DNA from: an uncultured bacterium
GTDB taxonomy: Bacteria > Patescibacteriota > Minisyncoccia > UBA6257 > GWB1-50-10
Assembly: GCA_963768835.1 (NCBI GenBank)
Contig: CAVYJB010000001.1
Location: 152,420-216,419, forward strand
Direction: 5' to 3'
DNA: 64,000 nt
The position numbers and the translations under genes are program-made. The notes beneath the pieces are model-generated. The model made no database searches and was not told the DNA's origin. It saw nothing but the letters and a program-made list of their open reading frames with translations. Positions within the stretch are counted from its first letter, which is position 1. Each line of letters starts with the position of its first letter. This document shows positions 17,001 through 31,227 of this stretch, piece after piece.

Positions 17001-17555
17001 TTACTGCGGACCGGGCGGCGCTCCGGCGGTCATGGCGGGCGGCGCGTAGTTCTTCAGCAGCCAGCGAATCACCACGATGGAGATGAAGGCGAGCACGATG
17101 CCGCCCAAAATGTCCGAGGGCCAGTGAACGCCTGCCGCGACACGGGCAAGGCCGTTCACGAACGCGAGCACGGTGAACCAAAGGCCCCAACTCCGGTTCA
17201 GGGAATAAATGGCGAACGCGAGGGCAAAGTAAGCGGCCGCATGTCCCGAAGGAAACGAAGGCCCGCCTGCGGAGAGAAGCGGTGTAAATCCAAGGGCTTC
17301 GAATGGGCGCGCATGGGGGTAAACGAAGTGGATGATCTCCGTGAGAATCCCCCGAGAAAGGAGAATAGTGAGCGAGAGGGTGAGGAAGGCGAAAAGACGC
17401 GCCCGTGTCTTCCCTTGGAGAAAAACGAAAACGAGTGCCGCGAAGACGAGGAAGTAAGGCAGGTACTGCGCGAGGAACACGATGAAGGCGTCCCAGAACC
17501 CCGAGGCTCCGGCGAGTCCGTGGAGTATTTCAAAAACGGAGTTGTCCCAGACCAT
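17001..17555 (-). CDS. PAP2-family phosphatase (undecaprenyl-diphosphatase-like)
   Basis: RPF, SFPSGHA, ARVAAGVHWPSD. Confidence 0.92.
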   Translation of the reverse strand: MVWDNSVFEILHGLAGASGFWDAFIVFLAQYLPYFLVFAALVFVFLQGKTRARLFAFLTLSLTILLSRGILTEIIHFVYPHARPFEALGFTPLLSAGGPSFPSGHAAAYFALAFAIYSLNRSWGLWFTVLAFVNGLARVAAGVHWPSDILGGIVLAFISIVVIRWLLKNYAPPAMTAGAPPGPQ

Positions 17556-17561
17556 AGCAAA

Positions 17562-17780
17562 CTAGGAACGGACGAAAGGAAGGAATCCCACGATGCGGGC
17601 GCGCTTGATAGCATTCGCGAGGCGTCGCTGGTGCTTGGCGCAGACGCCGGTGTGACGAGGATCAATAATCTTCGCCTGGCTCGAAACGAAACGCCGCAAC
17701 ACTTCCACATCGCGATAGTCGATGACTCTCACGTTCTGAGAACAGAACACGCACTGCCGGGGTCGTTGGTTCATTGCCAT
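17562..17780 (-). CDS. rpsR: 30S ribosomal protein S18
   Basis: IDYRDV..TGVCAKHQRRLANAIKRAR. Confidence 0.97.
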   Translation of the reverse strand: MAMNQRPRQCVFCSQNVRVIDYRDVEVLRRFVSSQAKIIDPRHTGVCAKHQRRLANAIKRARIVGFLPFVRS

Positions 17781-17783
17781 GGG

Positions 17784-18251
17784 TTAAAATGGAATGTCTT
17801 CAGGTTTGATATCGCCCTCCTCGATATTAATCTCTGGAAGTTCCTCCTTCACTTCATCGCGGATGGGGGCCGCGGGCCGCTCCTGCGAGAACTCCTCGCC
17901 GCCACCCTGGCCACCGGGACCGCCGGGACGCGGACCGAACTGGAAACGCTCGCAAATGATCTCTGTGGTCTGACGGTTCCCTCCCTGCTTGTCCTGCCAG
18001 CTGCGGGTTTGGAGACGCCCCTCAACATAGAGAAGAGCTCCTTTCTTTAGGAACTGCTGGGCGATTTCCGCCTGCCGGCCCCACACCACAATGTTGTGGA
18101 ACTGGACATCCTTCCGCTGCTCGCCCTGGGGAGTCTTCCATGTACGGTTGGTCGCCAAGGAGAAGGTCGCGACGGCCTGCCCTGAGGTCGTCGTCCGAAG
18201 CTGCGGATCCGCGGTGAATCGCCCAATGAGGAATACCTTGTTGAGGTTCAT
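17784..18251 (-). CDS. ssb: single-stranded DNA-binding protein
   Basis: LNKVFLIGR, VEGRLQTRSW, C-terminal DIPF. Confidence 0.97.
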   Translation of the reverse strand: MNLNKVFLIGRFTADPQLRTTTSGQAVATFSLATNRTWKTPQGEQRKDVQFHNIVVWGRQAEIAQQFLKKGALLYVEGRLQTRSWQDKQGGNRQTTEIICERFQFGPRPGGPGGQGGGEEFSQERPAAPIRDEVKEELPEINIEEGDIKPEDIPF

Positions 18252-18253
18252 GG

Positions 18254-18682
18254 TTACTGGAGAATTTCCTCAATCTTTTTCTCGAGCGCTTCGTTCGTGA
18301 GCATCGGAACATCGCCGGGCTTACGGGGCATGCGAGAAACCGGCGCGGGTCGTCGAGGCGTACGGTCTTCACGGGATCGACGCTCATCTCGCGCAGCCGC
18401 GTGATGAACGAGCACCCGGAGGATGTCGGGTTCAAGGACAAGCGATTCAGAAAGTCCCACGAGCGCCGCGGGGGCAACCGTGAACTCGAAGCCTCCCACG
18501 AAACAAAAGGCTTCCTTCCGGATAGGATATGCGAGCTTCACTTTCTGGAGAGGACGTTCCGTGAGAATGACGGCTCCGCGCTTCTGGAGGGCAGCCGAAA
18601 CCTTCGCCGCATCCTCTGATTTGAGGAGCGCGATAATTTCGTACCTCGTCTGCTGTTCCAGGATGGTTACGGTCTCATCCAT
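18254..18682 (-). CDS. rpsF: 30S ribosomal protein S6
   Basis: YEI..KLAYPIRK..ILR; rpsF-ssb-rpsR order. Confidence 0.88.
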   Translation of the reverse strand: MDETVTILEQQTRYEIIALLKSEDAAKVSAALQKRGAVILTERPLQKVKLAYPIRKEAFCFVGGFEFTVAPAALVGLSESLVLEPDILRVLVHHAAARDERRSREDRTPRRPAPVSRMPRKPGDVPMLTNEALEKKIEEILQ

Positions 18683-18719
18683 AGGTGTTCCTTATCGTAC
18701 CAGAGATCCAAGGATAGCG

Positions 18720-22443
<3,724 letters not shown>

Positions 22444-22449
22444 GATAGA

Positions 22450-25400
22450 TTAGTTTCCCTCCCCGAGATCATCGATGCCGTCCCCCGTACCTTCTTCGCC
22501 ACTCGTGTAGTGCACGGAAAGTCCCAGGGACTTGAGCTCCGAGATCAACACGTTGAAGGACGCAGGAACGTTCGGCTTCTTGATGTCGGTGCCACGGATA
22601 ATGGATTCGAAAGCCGCCGAGCGGCCGAGGATGTCGTCAGACTTGATAGTGATCATTTCCTGCAGCATATGTGCCGCGCCGTACCCCTCGAGCGCCCAGA
22701 CCTCCATCTCTCCGAAGCGCTGGCCGCCCAACTGCGCCTTTCCGCCGAGGGGCTGCTGTGTGATCAGGGAGTAGGGGCCGGTGGAACGCATGTGGAGCTT
22801 GTCTTCCACCAGGTGGTTCAGCTTCATGATATAGATGACACCCACCGTCACGTGCTCACGGAACGGGAGGCCTGTTGTGCCGTCGAAGAGCTCTACCTTC
22901 CCATTCGCCGGGAGGCCCGCCGCTTCGAGCTCCGCGCGGATCTCGTCCTCGCCACCCCCCACGAAATTCGGGACCACCGCGCGATAGCCGAGCTTCCGGG
23001 CCGCGAATCCGAGGTGGGTCTCAAGGATCTGACCGAGGTTCATACGGGAAGCGACTCCAAGGGGGTTTAAGACAACGTCAACCGGCGTGCCGTCCGCAAG
23101 ATAAGGCATGTCCTGCACGGGACGAATCATAGAAATGACGCCCTTGTTACCGTGCCGCCCGGCGAGCTTGTCGCCCGCGCGCACCTTACGGAGCTGGGCC
23201 ACCTCCACCTGGATCTTCTTGATAATGCCGGGTTCGAGCTTATCCCCCTTGTCGCGGGAGAACACCTTGATGCCGATGACGCGCCCCTGCTTCCCGTGCG
23301 GGAGCGTGAGCGAGGTGTCCTTCACGTCGCGAGCCTTCTCACCGAAGATGGCACGGAGGAGCCGCTCTTCCGAAGAGAGTTCCGATTCGCCCTTCGGGGA
23401 AATCTTCCCAACGAGGATATCGCCCGTGTAAACCTCCGCTCCGATGCGGACGATGCCGTCCTCATCGAGGTTCCGGAGCTTATCCTCCGCGACGTTCGGG
23501 ATGTCCGGCGTGGTCATTTCGGGGCCGAGCTTCGTGTCGCGGACGAAGCAGGTGAATGTTTCGATGTGAATGGATGTAAAAAGATCCTCACGCGCGACGC
23601 GCTCCGAGAGCACGATGGCGTCCTCGAAGTTTCCGCCTCGCCACGGGATGAATGCTACCAGGAGGTTCTGGCCGAGGGCCAGCACGCCGTCTTCCGTCGC
23701 GGGGCCATCCGCGAGGACCGCGCCGCGCTTCACCTTCTGACCCACATGCACGATCGGGCGTTGGGAGAGACACGTGGACTGGTTGGACCGGCGGAATTTC
23801 AGGATGGGGTAGTGCGTCGTCCCCGACTTGCCCTTCACCGCGATGCCACGCGCGTCCACTTCCTCCACCGTGCCGTCCTCTGCGGCAAGCACGAGCTGCT
23901 CCGAATCAAGCGCCGCCTTTTCCTCGACGCCCGTCCCCACGAAAGGCGCGGTCGCGACAATCGAAGGAACCGCCTGTCGCTGCATGTTGGAACCCATGAG
24001 GGCCCGGTTCGCGTCGTCGTGCTCCAGGAACGGAATGAGCGCCGTCGAGATACTCATGAGCTGGTTCGCCGAGACGTCGATGAAATCCACCTCTTCCCGC
24101 TTGCAGGTGTCCGGGACTCCCTTGATGCGGGCGGGCACGACGGCTTCGACGATGCGGTTTTTCTCGTCCAGCGGGACATCGGCCTGCGCGACGTTATACC
24201 GGCGTTCCTCCGCGGCGTCGAGCCACTCGACGTGCGAAGAGACGACGCCCTCCTTCACGTGGAAGTAGGGTGTCTCGATGAAACCGAATTCGTTGAGGCG
24301 GGCATAGTTCGAAAGATAGCTCACGAGCCCGATGTTCGCACCTTCCGGCGTCTGGATAGGACAGATGCGGCCGTAGTAGGACGGGTGCACGTCGCGCACC
24401 TCGAACCCGGCGCGCTCACGGGTAAGACCGCCAGGGCCCATCGAGGAGAGGCGCCGCTTGTGTTCGAGCTCTGCGAGCGGGTTCACCTGGTCCATGAACT
24501 GCGAGAGCTGCGAAGACGAGAAGAAGTCCCGCACCACCGAGGTCAGGAGTTTGTAGTTCACCAGCTGGACAGGCTGCAGAGTGTGCTTATCGAAGGTGGA
24601 CATCCGGTCCTGGACGCCGCGCCGGAGGCGCGCAAATCCCACGCGGAGACGCGACTGTACAAGCTCCCCCACCGCTCGGATACGGCGGTTCGCAAGGTCG
24701 TCGATGTCGTCCGGTTCCGCGGAAAGATTGTTGTTTAAGCGGATAATTTCCTTCAAAAGCCCGATGATATCGTCACGATCCAAGAGACCGCCTTCTTTCT
24801 TCGCAGGAAGTTCCAGGCGCTGGTTCAGCTTGAAACGACCGACTCGCGAGAGGTCATAGCGGTCGAAGCGGAAAAAGATTCCCTCAATCAACGCTTTTGC
24901 GTTCTCCACCGTCGTCAGATCCCCCGGCCGAAGCCGTTGGTGTATGCCGAGGAAGGACTCTTCAAGGGTTTTCGCCTCGTCGCGCTTCAAGGTCCCGGCG
25001 ATGAACTTCACGGGACCGGTGTCCACGTCGGCGAACGCCTTCTTGATATCTTCCTCCGTCTTCAGCCCGAACACCCGAAGGAGCTGGGTCGCGGGTACCT
25101 TGCGCCGACGGTCGATCTTCACGCCGATAAAACCGTCGGACTCCGTCTCGAACTCCAGCCACACGCCGCGGTTCGGGATCACCTTCGCGCCGAAAAGTTT
25201 CCGTCCGCGGTAGACCGCGGCGGTGAAGTATGAGCCCGGCGAGCGCACGAGCTGCGAGATGACCACCCGCTCAACGCCATTGATGATGAACGTCCCGCGC
25301 GTCGTCATGATCGGGAAATCTCCGAGGTAAACCTCCTGCGCTTGCGCGCTCTTCGTGAGACGGTTCGTGAGCCGAAGCTTCACGCGAAGCGACGCTTCGT

Positions 25401-25647
25401 AGGTCTGATCCTTCTCCTTGGACTGTTCCTCGGTGTACTTCGGCGGGTCGAATTTATACTCCAAAAAGTGGAGTTCAAGTTCCGCGCCGGTGTGGTCGCG
25501 GATGGGAGAGATCTCGTCAAAAAGCTCCCGAAGGCCCTTCTCCAGGAACCATTTATATGAATCCAGCTGCACCTCGATGAGGCGCGGCTGGGGGAACTCA
25601 GGTCCGTGATAGGTGGAGAAGGTTTTAGGCGCTCGTGTGGTGGGCAT
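22450..25647 (-). CDS. rpoB: RNA polymerase beta subunit (compact, 1065 aa)
   Basis: GDKLAGRHGNKG, GGQRFGEMEVWALE. Confidence 0.98.
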   Translation of the reverse strand: MPTTRAPKTFSTYHGPEFPQPRLIEVQLDSYKWFLEKGLRELFDEISPIRDHTGAELELHFLEYKFDPPKYTEEQSKEKDQTYEASLRVKLRLTNRLTKSAQAQEVYLGDFPIMTTRGTFIINGVERVVISQLVRSPGSYFTAAVYRGRKLFGAKVIPNRGVWLEFETESDGFIGVKIDRRRKVPATQLLRVFGLKTEEDIKKAFADVDTGPVKFIAGTLKRDEAKTLEESFLGIHQRLRPGDLTTVENAKALIEGIFFRFDRYDLSRVGRFKLNQRLELPAKKEGGLLDRDDIIGLLKEIIRLNNNLSAEPDDIDDLANRRIRAVGELVQSRLRVGFARLRRGVQDRMSTFDKHTLQPVQLVNYKLLTSVVRDFFSSSQLSQFMDQVNPLAELEHKRRLSSMGPGGLTRERAGFEVRDVHPSYYGRICPIQTPEGANIGLVSYLSNYARLNEFGFIETPYFHVKEGVVSSHVEWLDAAEERRYNVAQADVPLDEKNRIVEAVVPARIKGVPDTCKREEVDFIDVSANQLMSISTALIPFLEHDDANRALMGSNMQRQAVPSIVATAPFVGTGVEEKAALDSEQLVLAAEDGTVEEVDARGIAVKGKSGTTHYPILKFRRSNQSTCLSQRPIVHVGQKVKRGAVLADGPATEDGVLALGQNLLVAFIPWRGGNFEDAIVLSERVAREDLFTSIHIETFTCFVRDTKLGPEMTTPDIPNVAEDKLRNLDEDGIVRIGAEVYTGDILVGKISPKGESELSSEERLLRAIFGEKARDVKDTSLTLPHGKQGRVIGIKVFSRDKGDKLEPGIIKKIQVEVAQLRKVRAGDKLAGRHGNKGVISMIRPVQDMPYLADGTPVDVVLNPLGVASRMNLGQILETHLGFAARKLGYRAVVPNFVGGGEDEIRAELEAAGLPANGKVELFDGTTGLPFREHVTVGVIYIMKLNHLVEDKLHMRSTGPYSLITQQPLGGKAQLGGQRFGEMEVWALEGYGAAHMLQEMITIKSDDILGRSAAFESIIRGTDIKKPNVPASFNVLISELKSLGLSVHYTSGEEGTGDGIDDLGEGN

Positions 25648-25729
25648 GGGTTAATGGGGTGGGAACAGAGCGGCGTGCAGGCCCGGGGACGGCCCCGCCG
25701 CAACTTCGGCGACGCTTACTTGGAAAAAC

Positions 25730-26779
25730 CTAAAGGTATTTGGCTCGATTTTGATTCTGTTGCTCGAGGGTTTGAGAAAAGAGGGTTTCCTTGGTACCGG
25801 ATGCGGTCAGATAGTAAAGATAGGAGGTCTGGCGAGGGGTCGCGGCTGCCTGGATCGCGGACTGGCCAGGATTTCCGATGGGAGTTGGGGTGAACCCCAG
25901 ATGCTGATAGGTATTGTAGGGGGAAGCGATTGTCATGTCGGCGCGCGAGAGCTGGGGGTTGGGGCAGTTCCGAATGTCACCGTTGCACTTCGCGTAGATG
26001 ACGGTGGAATCCACCTGGAGCGGGATGCCGATTTGGATACGACGGAGGAGAATGCCGGCTACCGTTTGACGATCCGCGAACGAGGGAACTTCACGCTCGA
26101 GATAGGACGCAAGAATCAGAGTGTCGTACCATTGGGGCTGGTTCTGAAGCAGTGGCCACGCCTTCGTATTAAAACCGTTAAGAAGGATCTGCACTGCGTC
26201 ATCCGCGGACCCACCGATGGGGAACCGGTACGTGTCGGGGAAAAGGAATCCTTCGAGGGACGTTGAGCTCGCGAGATACGGATACAGGCCCGCGACTTTC
26301 GAGGGAGCGTAACCCACAAGAGACTGCCCGTCCGCGAGAGCGCCCGCGGCCGAGAGAATGTCGCTCACATCCCTGAGCGTCGAGCCCTCCGGGATCGTCA
26401 CCGCAGCCTCGTTCTTCCCGCCGTGGGAAAAGAGCCCGACGAACTCCGGTACGCTCATGGTGGGCCCGAGATCATAGACGCCCGGCTGAAATCGCTGCGC
26501 CTTGCCGCTCAGAAGCGCATACAGTTTGAAAACAGAGATAGAGCGGATAAGCGTTTGTCGCGAGAGGTCCGCTGCGATTTCACGGAATCCTTCCCCTTTT
26601 ACTATCTTGAAATGAACGGTCGTCGAGGTCGCACTGGATCCTGCAGTATCCGCCACGGACTGCACTGGCTGCAGGCCGTAGAAGAAATAAGCCACGAAGA
26701 CTATGATGACCAAAAGGATTCCTAGAACGGTCAGGAAGCGTAGGTCAAACAGACCTCGTTGTTCAGGCTGAGGATTCAA
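25730..26779 (-). CDS. mltG: endolytic transglycosylase MltG
   Basis: TIPEG, LEGFLFPDTY, LASYLERE, SPYNTY..PIGNPG. Confidence 0.93.
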   Translation of the reverse strand: MNPQPEQRGLFDLRFLTVLGILLVIIVFVAYFFYGLQPVQSVADTAGSSATSTTVHFKIVKGEGFREIAADLSRQTLIRSISVFKLYALLSGKAQRFQPGVYDLGPTMSVPEFVGLFSHGGKNEAAVTIPEGSTLRDVSDILSAAGALADGQSLVGYAPSKVAGLYPYLASSTSLEGFLFPDTYRFPIGGSADDAVQILLNGFNTKAWPLLQNQPQWYDTLILASYLEREVPSFADRQTVAGILLRRIQIGIPLQVDSTVIYAKCNGDIRNCPNPQLSRADMTIASPYNTYQHLGFTPTPIGNPGQSAIQAAATPRQTSYLYYLTASGTKETLFSQTLEQQNQNRAKYL

Positions 26780-27839
26780 GCTTTATGTGTTCGATTATAC
26801 CGATGAGGACCGCTGCCGTCAAGAGGTTAGACCCCCCGTAGCTGAAGAATGGCAGGGTGACGCCTGTGACCGGTAGGAGGCCGACATCAGACCCCGCATT
26901 GACCAGAAAGTGCACGAGAAAGAACAGTCCACCGCCTAAAACCACGAATTTTGCAAAGTTATCACGTGCCCCAAGGCCAATGTGCACCATTCTATAGAGG
27001 ATGAACCCTATCGTCAAGAGCACCAGAAGACCCCCCGCAATCCCCCATTCTTCAATAAACGCTGCAAAAAGGAAGTCGTTTTGGGCCGCCGGAAGAAACC
27101 CTAAGCGGGTCTGTGTTCCTCCTCCAAAACCTTTTCCCCAGAACCCAGCGGAGCCAATCGCGATCTTCGATTGGATAACATTATAGTTCGTTCCTAAAGG
27201 ATCTCGGTCTGGAAAGAGAAAACCGAGGATGCGCTCTTTCTGGTAGTCCTTAAGAACTAATGTCCACAGGAGAACACCAAGGAGCAAGAGGATCAGAAGA
27301 CCGGCGATGAATCGGCGTGGATTAATTCCTCCCATAAGAAGAAAGCCGACCCAGATGCTTGCGACGAGGACCGCGGATCCGAAGTTGGGCTGGAGAATGA
27401 TCAGAATGGCCGGTGGCAACACATAGAGGAGCGAAATCACAATATTCCGTACTTGCCATGCCGCAACATGTCGCCGTGAGAAAAAATGTCCGAGCACAAG
27501 AATGAGGGCGAGCTTCGCGAGTTCCTCCGGCTCGAACTGGACGGGACCCAGCACGAGCCAACTTTTCGTACCGCGGATGACATGCGGACCGAGATACGCG
27601 GCGACGAGCGCAAGAATGGAAAGGCCGTAGAGTCCATAGCGGAACCATGGATGCGCCGCGAGGCGACGCCAGTCAAACTGGCTCCCGAAAAGAATGACAA
27701 CGAAGGCGACTATATACCAAACAAGTTGCCGCCAGAAAAAAGCGAGATTCGAACTCGCGAGCGTTACAAGACTCGCTCCCGCGATGACGCCGAGCGCCGC
27801 GAGAAGCCCCCAATCGAAATTCCGGAAGTGCACTCTCAT
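26763..27839 (-). CDS. rodA: SEDS family protein (RodA/FtsW)
   Basis: YQKERI, QSKIAIGSAG, TGVTLPFFSYGGS. Confidence 0.85.
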   Translation of the reverse strand: MRVHFRNFDWGLLAALGVIAGASLVTLASSNLAFFWRQLVWYIVAFVVILFGSQFDWRRLAAHPWFRYGLYGLSILALVAAYLGPHVIRGTKSWLVLGPVQFEPEELAKLALILVLGHFFSRRHVAAWQVRNIVISLLYVLPPAILIILQPNFGSAVLVASIWVGFLLMGGINPRRFIAGLLILLLLGVLLWTLVLKDYQKERILGFLFPDRDPLGTNYNVIQSKIAIGSAGFWGKGFGGGTQTRLGFLPAAQNDFLFAAFIEEWGIAGGLLVLLTIGFILYRMVHIGLGARDNFAKFVVLGGGLFFLVHFLVNAGSDVGLLPVTGVTLPFFSYGGSNLLTAAVLIGIIEHIKLESSA

Positions 27840-28618
27840 AGTCGCCCGACGTACACTCGTGTGGCCGCGGGGTTCAGCTGGCGCACGAGGTTCGGATCAG
27901 CCGGAAAAGAAATTACAAATGGAGCACGACCGCCCGGCCCCAAATCCACCCTTGTTTCGGAGGCAAAGAGGTTATCGGCGAACGCCGACCGGTCCACGAG
28001 AACGGCGATCACAGACACTCCTGTGGCAGGGATGGAACTGTGGTTTGTGAGGAACCCCGAAACCTGAATTTGGTCTCCCGCAATCGTGGTGGTAACCCCT
28101 TCGGGGTCCGAAAGGTCAAATGGAGCAAGGTTAGCAGCTGGCTGCCAAGAAACCAATGGATCAATGGAAAGCGTAGCTCCCGAGACGGGACCTGTAGGCG
28201 CCACGGAAGCTGTCGCCAGCACGTAACGCTCCTCCGAGGCATAAATTGCAGCCGTACCAGGAAGAGTAAGAAGCGTCTCCCCCGAAGGCCCCAGGAGAGT
28301 GAAATGGTAATCGAAGGAGGTCGCTGCGTAGTCGAGATTCGGGTTCTCTACCTGCGCGAGGAGCACCGCCGGTCCTGCAGCGGAGCGGAAAATCTGCACG
28401 TCCCCGACGGTAAGGAGTTGCTCTGGCCCTGGCCCACGCTGGCAGGCGGCACACGGACCGCCACAGTCGATGCCGGTCTCCCTTTGATTCTGGATACCGT
28501 CCGAGCAGCTAGGGTTGGCTCCGTGGTAACCCGCAGCGACTCCCCAGACAACCAGAGCGAGAACGGCGAGGTAGAGTGCGCCGTAGATAACCTGCTTATG
28601 AGTTCGAGCGAGACGCAT
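27836..28618 (-). CDS. hypothetical exported protein with a Cys-rich CxDGxxNxxExGxDCGGxC motif
   Basis: N-terminal TM; CSDGIQNQRETGIDCGGPC. Confidence 0.75.
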   Translation of the reverse strand: MRLARTHKQVIYGALYLAVLALVVWGVAAGYHGANPSCSDGIQNQRETGIDCGGPCAACQRGPGPEQLLTVGDVQIFRSAAGPAVLLAQVENPNLDYAATSFDYHFTLLGPSGETLLTLPGTAAIYASEERYVLATASVAPTGPVSGATLSIDPLVSWQPAANLAPFDLSDPEGVTTTIAGDQIQVSGFLTNHSSIPATGVSVIAVLVDRSAFADNLFASETRVDLGPGGRAPFVISFPADPNLVRQLNPAATRVYVGRL

Positions 28619-28622
28619 AGAG

Positions 28623-29369
28623 CTAACGGGTCCTCACCGCAGCAAGTACCCGTCGGAACTCCGCAGGGCGGACCGACGCGCCACCGACAAGCGTCCCTGC
28701 AAACTCCTTTCTCGCAAGAAACGAAGCGGCGTTCTTTCCGCTCACCGAACCGCCATAGAGAACAACTCCTCTAAATTTAAAGTTTTGAGTTAAAATCTTT
28801 TTAATAAGCTTCGCCATCGCAGCCGCATCCTCCGGCGTTTCGTCGCGATGGTCAACGCTCGTGGAAATAGCCCAGACGGGTTCGTACGCGATCAAAAGAT
28901 TCTTGAGCGCGAGCTTCTGCCTTTTCGCCTCTGCAAGGTCGAGGGTTAACTGTTTTTGTACCCATGCGCGCGCCGCCGCGATTCCTTTCCTGCGGACGGA
29001 CCACGGTTCTCCGATACAGAGAATTGGCACAAGCCCACCCGCAAGCGCCGCCGCGACCTTCGCTGCGATTTGTGCGTCTTGTTCCCCTTCTGCCCGACGC
29101 TCCGAATGACCGAGAATGGTATACCGCACGCCGAGCTCTTTCAGTTCTCCGACCGAAACCTCCCCCGTCCTCGGCCCCACAACCCCTGGCGCCGCATTCT
29201 GGCTTCCCACCGCCGCGCGCTTCAGGACTCGCGAAACCGCCGGCAGGAATGGAAACGGGGGGCACACGACTACGTTTGCCGCATCGGAAGCGCGTGCAAT
29301 CGCGACCGCTTCCTTCGTGGTCCTGGGATGCATCTTCCAGTTGGCGATGATGAGTTTCTGCATGATCAC
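28623..29369 (-). CDS. tpiA: triosephosphate isomerase
   Basis: ANWKM, GHSERR, AYEPVWAI, LYGGSV, LVGGAS. Confidence 0.97.
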   Translation of the reverse strand: MIMQKLIIANWKMHPRTTKEAVAIARASDAANVVVCPPFPFLPAVSRVLKRAAVGSQNAAPGVVGPRTGEVSVGELKELGVRYTILGHSERRAEGEQDAQIAAKVAAALAGGLVPILCIGEPWSVRRKGIAAARAWVQKQLTLDLAEAKRQKLALKNLLIAYEPVWAISTSVDHRDETPEDAAAMAKLIKKILTQNFKFRGVVLYGGSVSGKNAASFLARKEFAGTLVGGASVRPAEFRRVLAAVRTR

Positions 29370-30412
29370 TTCCTGAGCACTTTAGCCGCGAGATCCGGGT
29401 CAATCACGTTGATCTCAATACCTGTGCCAAATTCGAACCCCGCCCGGGTCGAGAGCTTCGGCAGGATCTCCACGTGCCAGTGGTACTGCGGATAGCGCTC
29501 TTTATGCACGACGGGGGCGGTGTGGATAAAGAAATTATAATCGGGATCACCGAGGTTCTTCTCCATTTTCCGGAGCACGCGCTGGAGGACGTTCGTCACC
29601 GCCGCGAGATCCTCGTCGGACGTGTTTTCAAAGTACGGCGTGTGGTGCTTGGAGAAGACCCGGACCTCAAAGGGGTTTCGCGATACGAACGGCGCAAAGG
29701 CGATCGCGCCTTCGTTCTCGACGATCACCCGTTTCCCCTGTTTCCTCTCCCACTCGGTCATCACGCAGTGAATGCACTTACCTGTCCGCGCGTGGTAGCG
29801 CGTGGAACCTTCCAGCGACCGCCCGACGTCGGGAGGAACCACCGGGACACCGAGAATTTGATAGTGAGGATGGTAGATCGAAGCCCCAGCAAGCGGCCCC
29901 CAGTTATGAAAGATCGAGACATACGCGACATTCGGATCGGCAAAAAACATAAGATAACGTTCCCGGAACACCTCGAAAAGGCGGAACGCCAGATCGGACG
30001 GGAGCCGCGGGAAATTCGCCCGATGATCGCGCGTGAGAACAAGATCGTGGTGACCGGCTCCGGGGATGGTCGAGAAGGGACCGTTGCGCACCAAGCGGAC
30101 ACGTCGGTCCGCGTGCCCCACCGCCGGATAGCGATTCTGAAGCACCAGGATCTCGCAGTTCTTGCGGGCACGGACGCCGCTCTTCGACCCCCACGGGGCG
30201 CATCGTGCATCGTAGCGGAGCAGTACGTGGTCGCTCACGTTCTTCAGAGGGTTTTCAAACGGGCATGTGCGGACGGACGGTACCACGCGCCGGTGGGTTC
30301 GCTTCCGAATGAACTGGTCGGGACGCCGTAGCCGACCCGGCGCGATGAGAATCCATTCACCGGACACGAGATCCTGACGAAGTTCGGATCGGGGTTCAGA
30401 AAGTCTCGACAT
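29366..30412 (-). CDS. galT: galactose-1-phosphate uridylyltransferase-like (HIT/GalT)
   Basis: ELRQDLVSGEW, CPF, AGASIYHPHYQ, AGFEFGTG. Confidence 0.85.
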   Translation of the reverse strand: MSRLSEPRSELRQDLVSGEWILIAPGRLRRPDQFIRKRTHRRVVPSVRTCPFENPLKNVSDHVLLRYDARCAPWGSKSGVRARKNCEILVLQNRYPAVGHADRRVRLVRNGPFSTIPGAGHHDLVLTRDHRANFPRLPSDLAFRLFEVFRERYLMFFADPNVAYVSIFHNWGPLAGASIYHPHYQILGVPVVPPDVGRSLEGSTRYHARTGKCIHCVMTEWERKQGKRVIVENEGAIAFAPFVSRNPFEVRVFSKHHTPYFENTSDEDLAAVTNVLQRVLRKMEKNLGDPDYNFFIHTAPVVHKERYPQYHWHVEILPKLSTRAGFEFGTGIEINVIDPDLAAKVLRK

Positions 30413-31169
30413 GGTCTTGTGGTTTTACCGCTCCGACCTTGGCCGCTCCATACGCACCTTTTCGGAGCCACCACCATACTCGCACGACATCCCAGAGTGT
30501 GGAAGCGTACGCTTTCGCACCCACCGTGGAGCGAGTATCGTTCACCCACCGCACCGGTATTTCCTTGATGCGGAATCCGAGATGGAGCGCCAGCGCCAGA
30601 ACTTCAACATCAAAACCCCACTGATCGACCCTCGCGAGAGGAAAAATCTGCTCTGCCGAGGCCTCGGAGAAGCACTTGAACCCGCATTGTGAGTCCCGCA
30701 CGCCAGGAAGAACCAACGGCTGGATAATAAGGCGATTTCCTAGCTTCCCTAGTATCTGCCGATACCATGGCTGAGCGGGAACGAGTTCCGCTCCTCGCAC
30801 CCCTCGCGAACCGAACACAACCTCATAGCCTTCCTTGAAATACGGGAGCATGTGCTCGAACTGATCAATGGAGGTGGAATTGTCCGCGTCAGTGAAGAGC
30901 CGCCAGTTGCCCTTCGCTTCGAGCATCCCGCGCCGCACGACCCATCCCTTCCCGTGATTCGCGGGTTCATCGACGAGCCGGAGATTCCGCACGGTCTGGG
31001 CAAATCGGCGGACAACCTCCGCAGTCGCATCCTTCGAACCATCGTTCACCACAAGGATCTCGTAGGAATACTCCGCGTGGGAGAGCCGCCGGTCGATGTC
31101 CACAAGAGTGCCGGGCAGCCGCTCGGATTCGTTGTAGGCGGGGATGATGACGGAGAGAAATGGTTTCAT
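30396..31169 (-). CDS. GT2 polyprenol-phosphate glycosyltransferase (DPG-synthase-like)
   Basis: SVIIPAYNE, NDGSKD, FTDAD, DSQCGFK, GFDVE. Confidence 0.92.
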   Translation of the reverse strand: MKPFLSVIIPAYNESERLPGTLVDIDRRLSHAEYSYEILVVNDGSKDATAEVVRRFAQTVRNLRLVDEPANHGKGWVVRRGMLEAKGNWRLFTDADNSTSIDQFEHMLPYFKEGYEVVFGSRGVRGAELVPAQPWYRQILGKLGNRLIIQPLVLPGVRDSQCGFKCFSEASAEQIFPLARVDQWGFDVEVLALALHLGFRIKEIPVRWVNDTRSTVGAKAYASTLWDVVRVWWWLRKGAYGAAKVGAVKPQDHVETF

Positions 31170-31227
31170 GCCGTGGGGATCGGGAACAGTGATTCCATCT
31201 TACCTCCGAACCAGTGACCTGTCATCC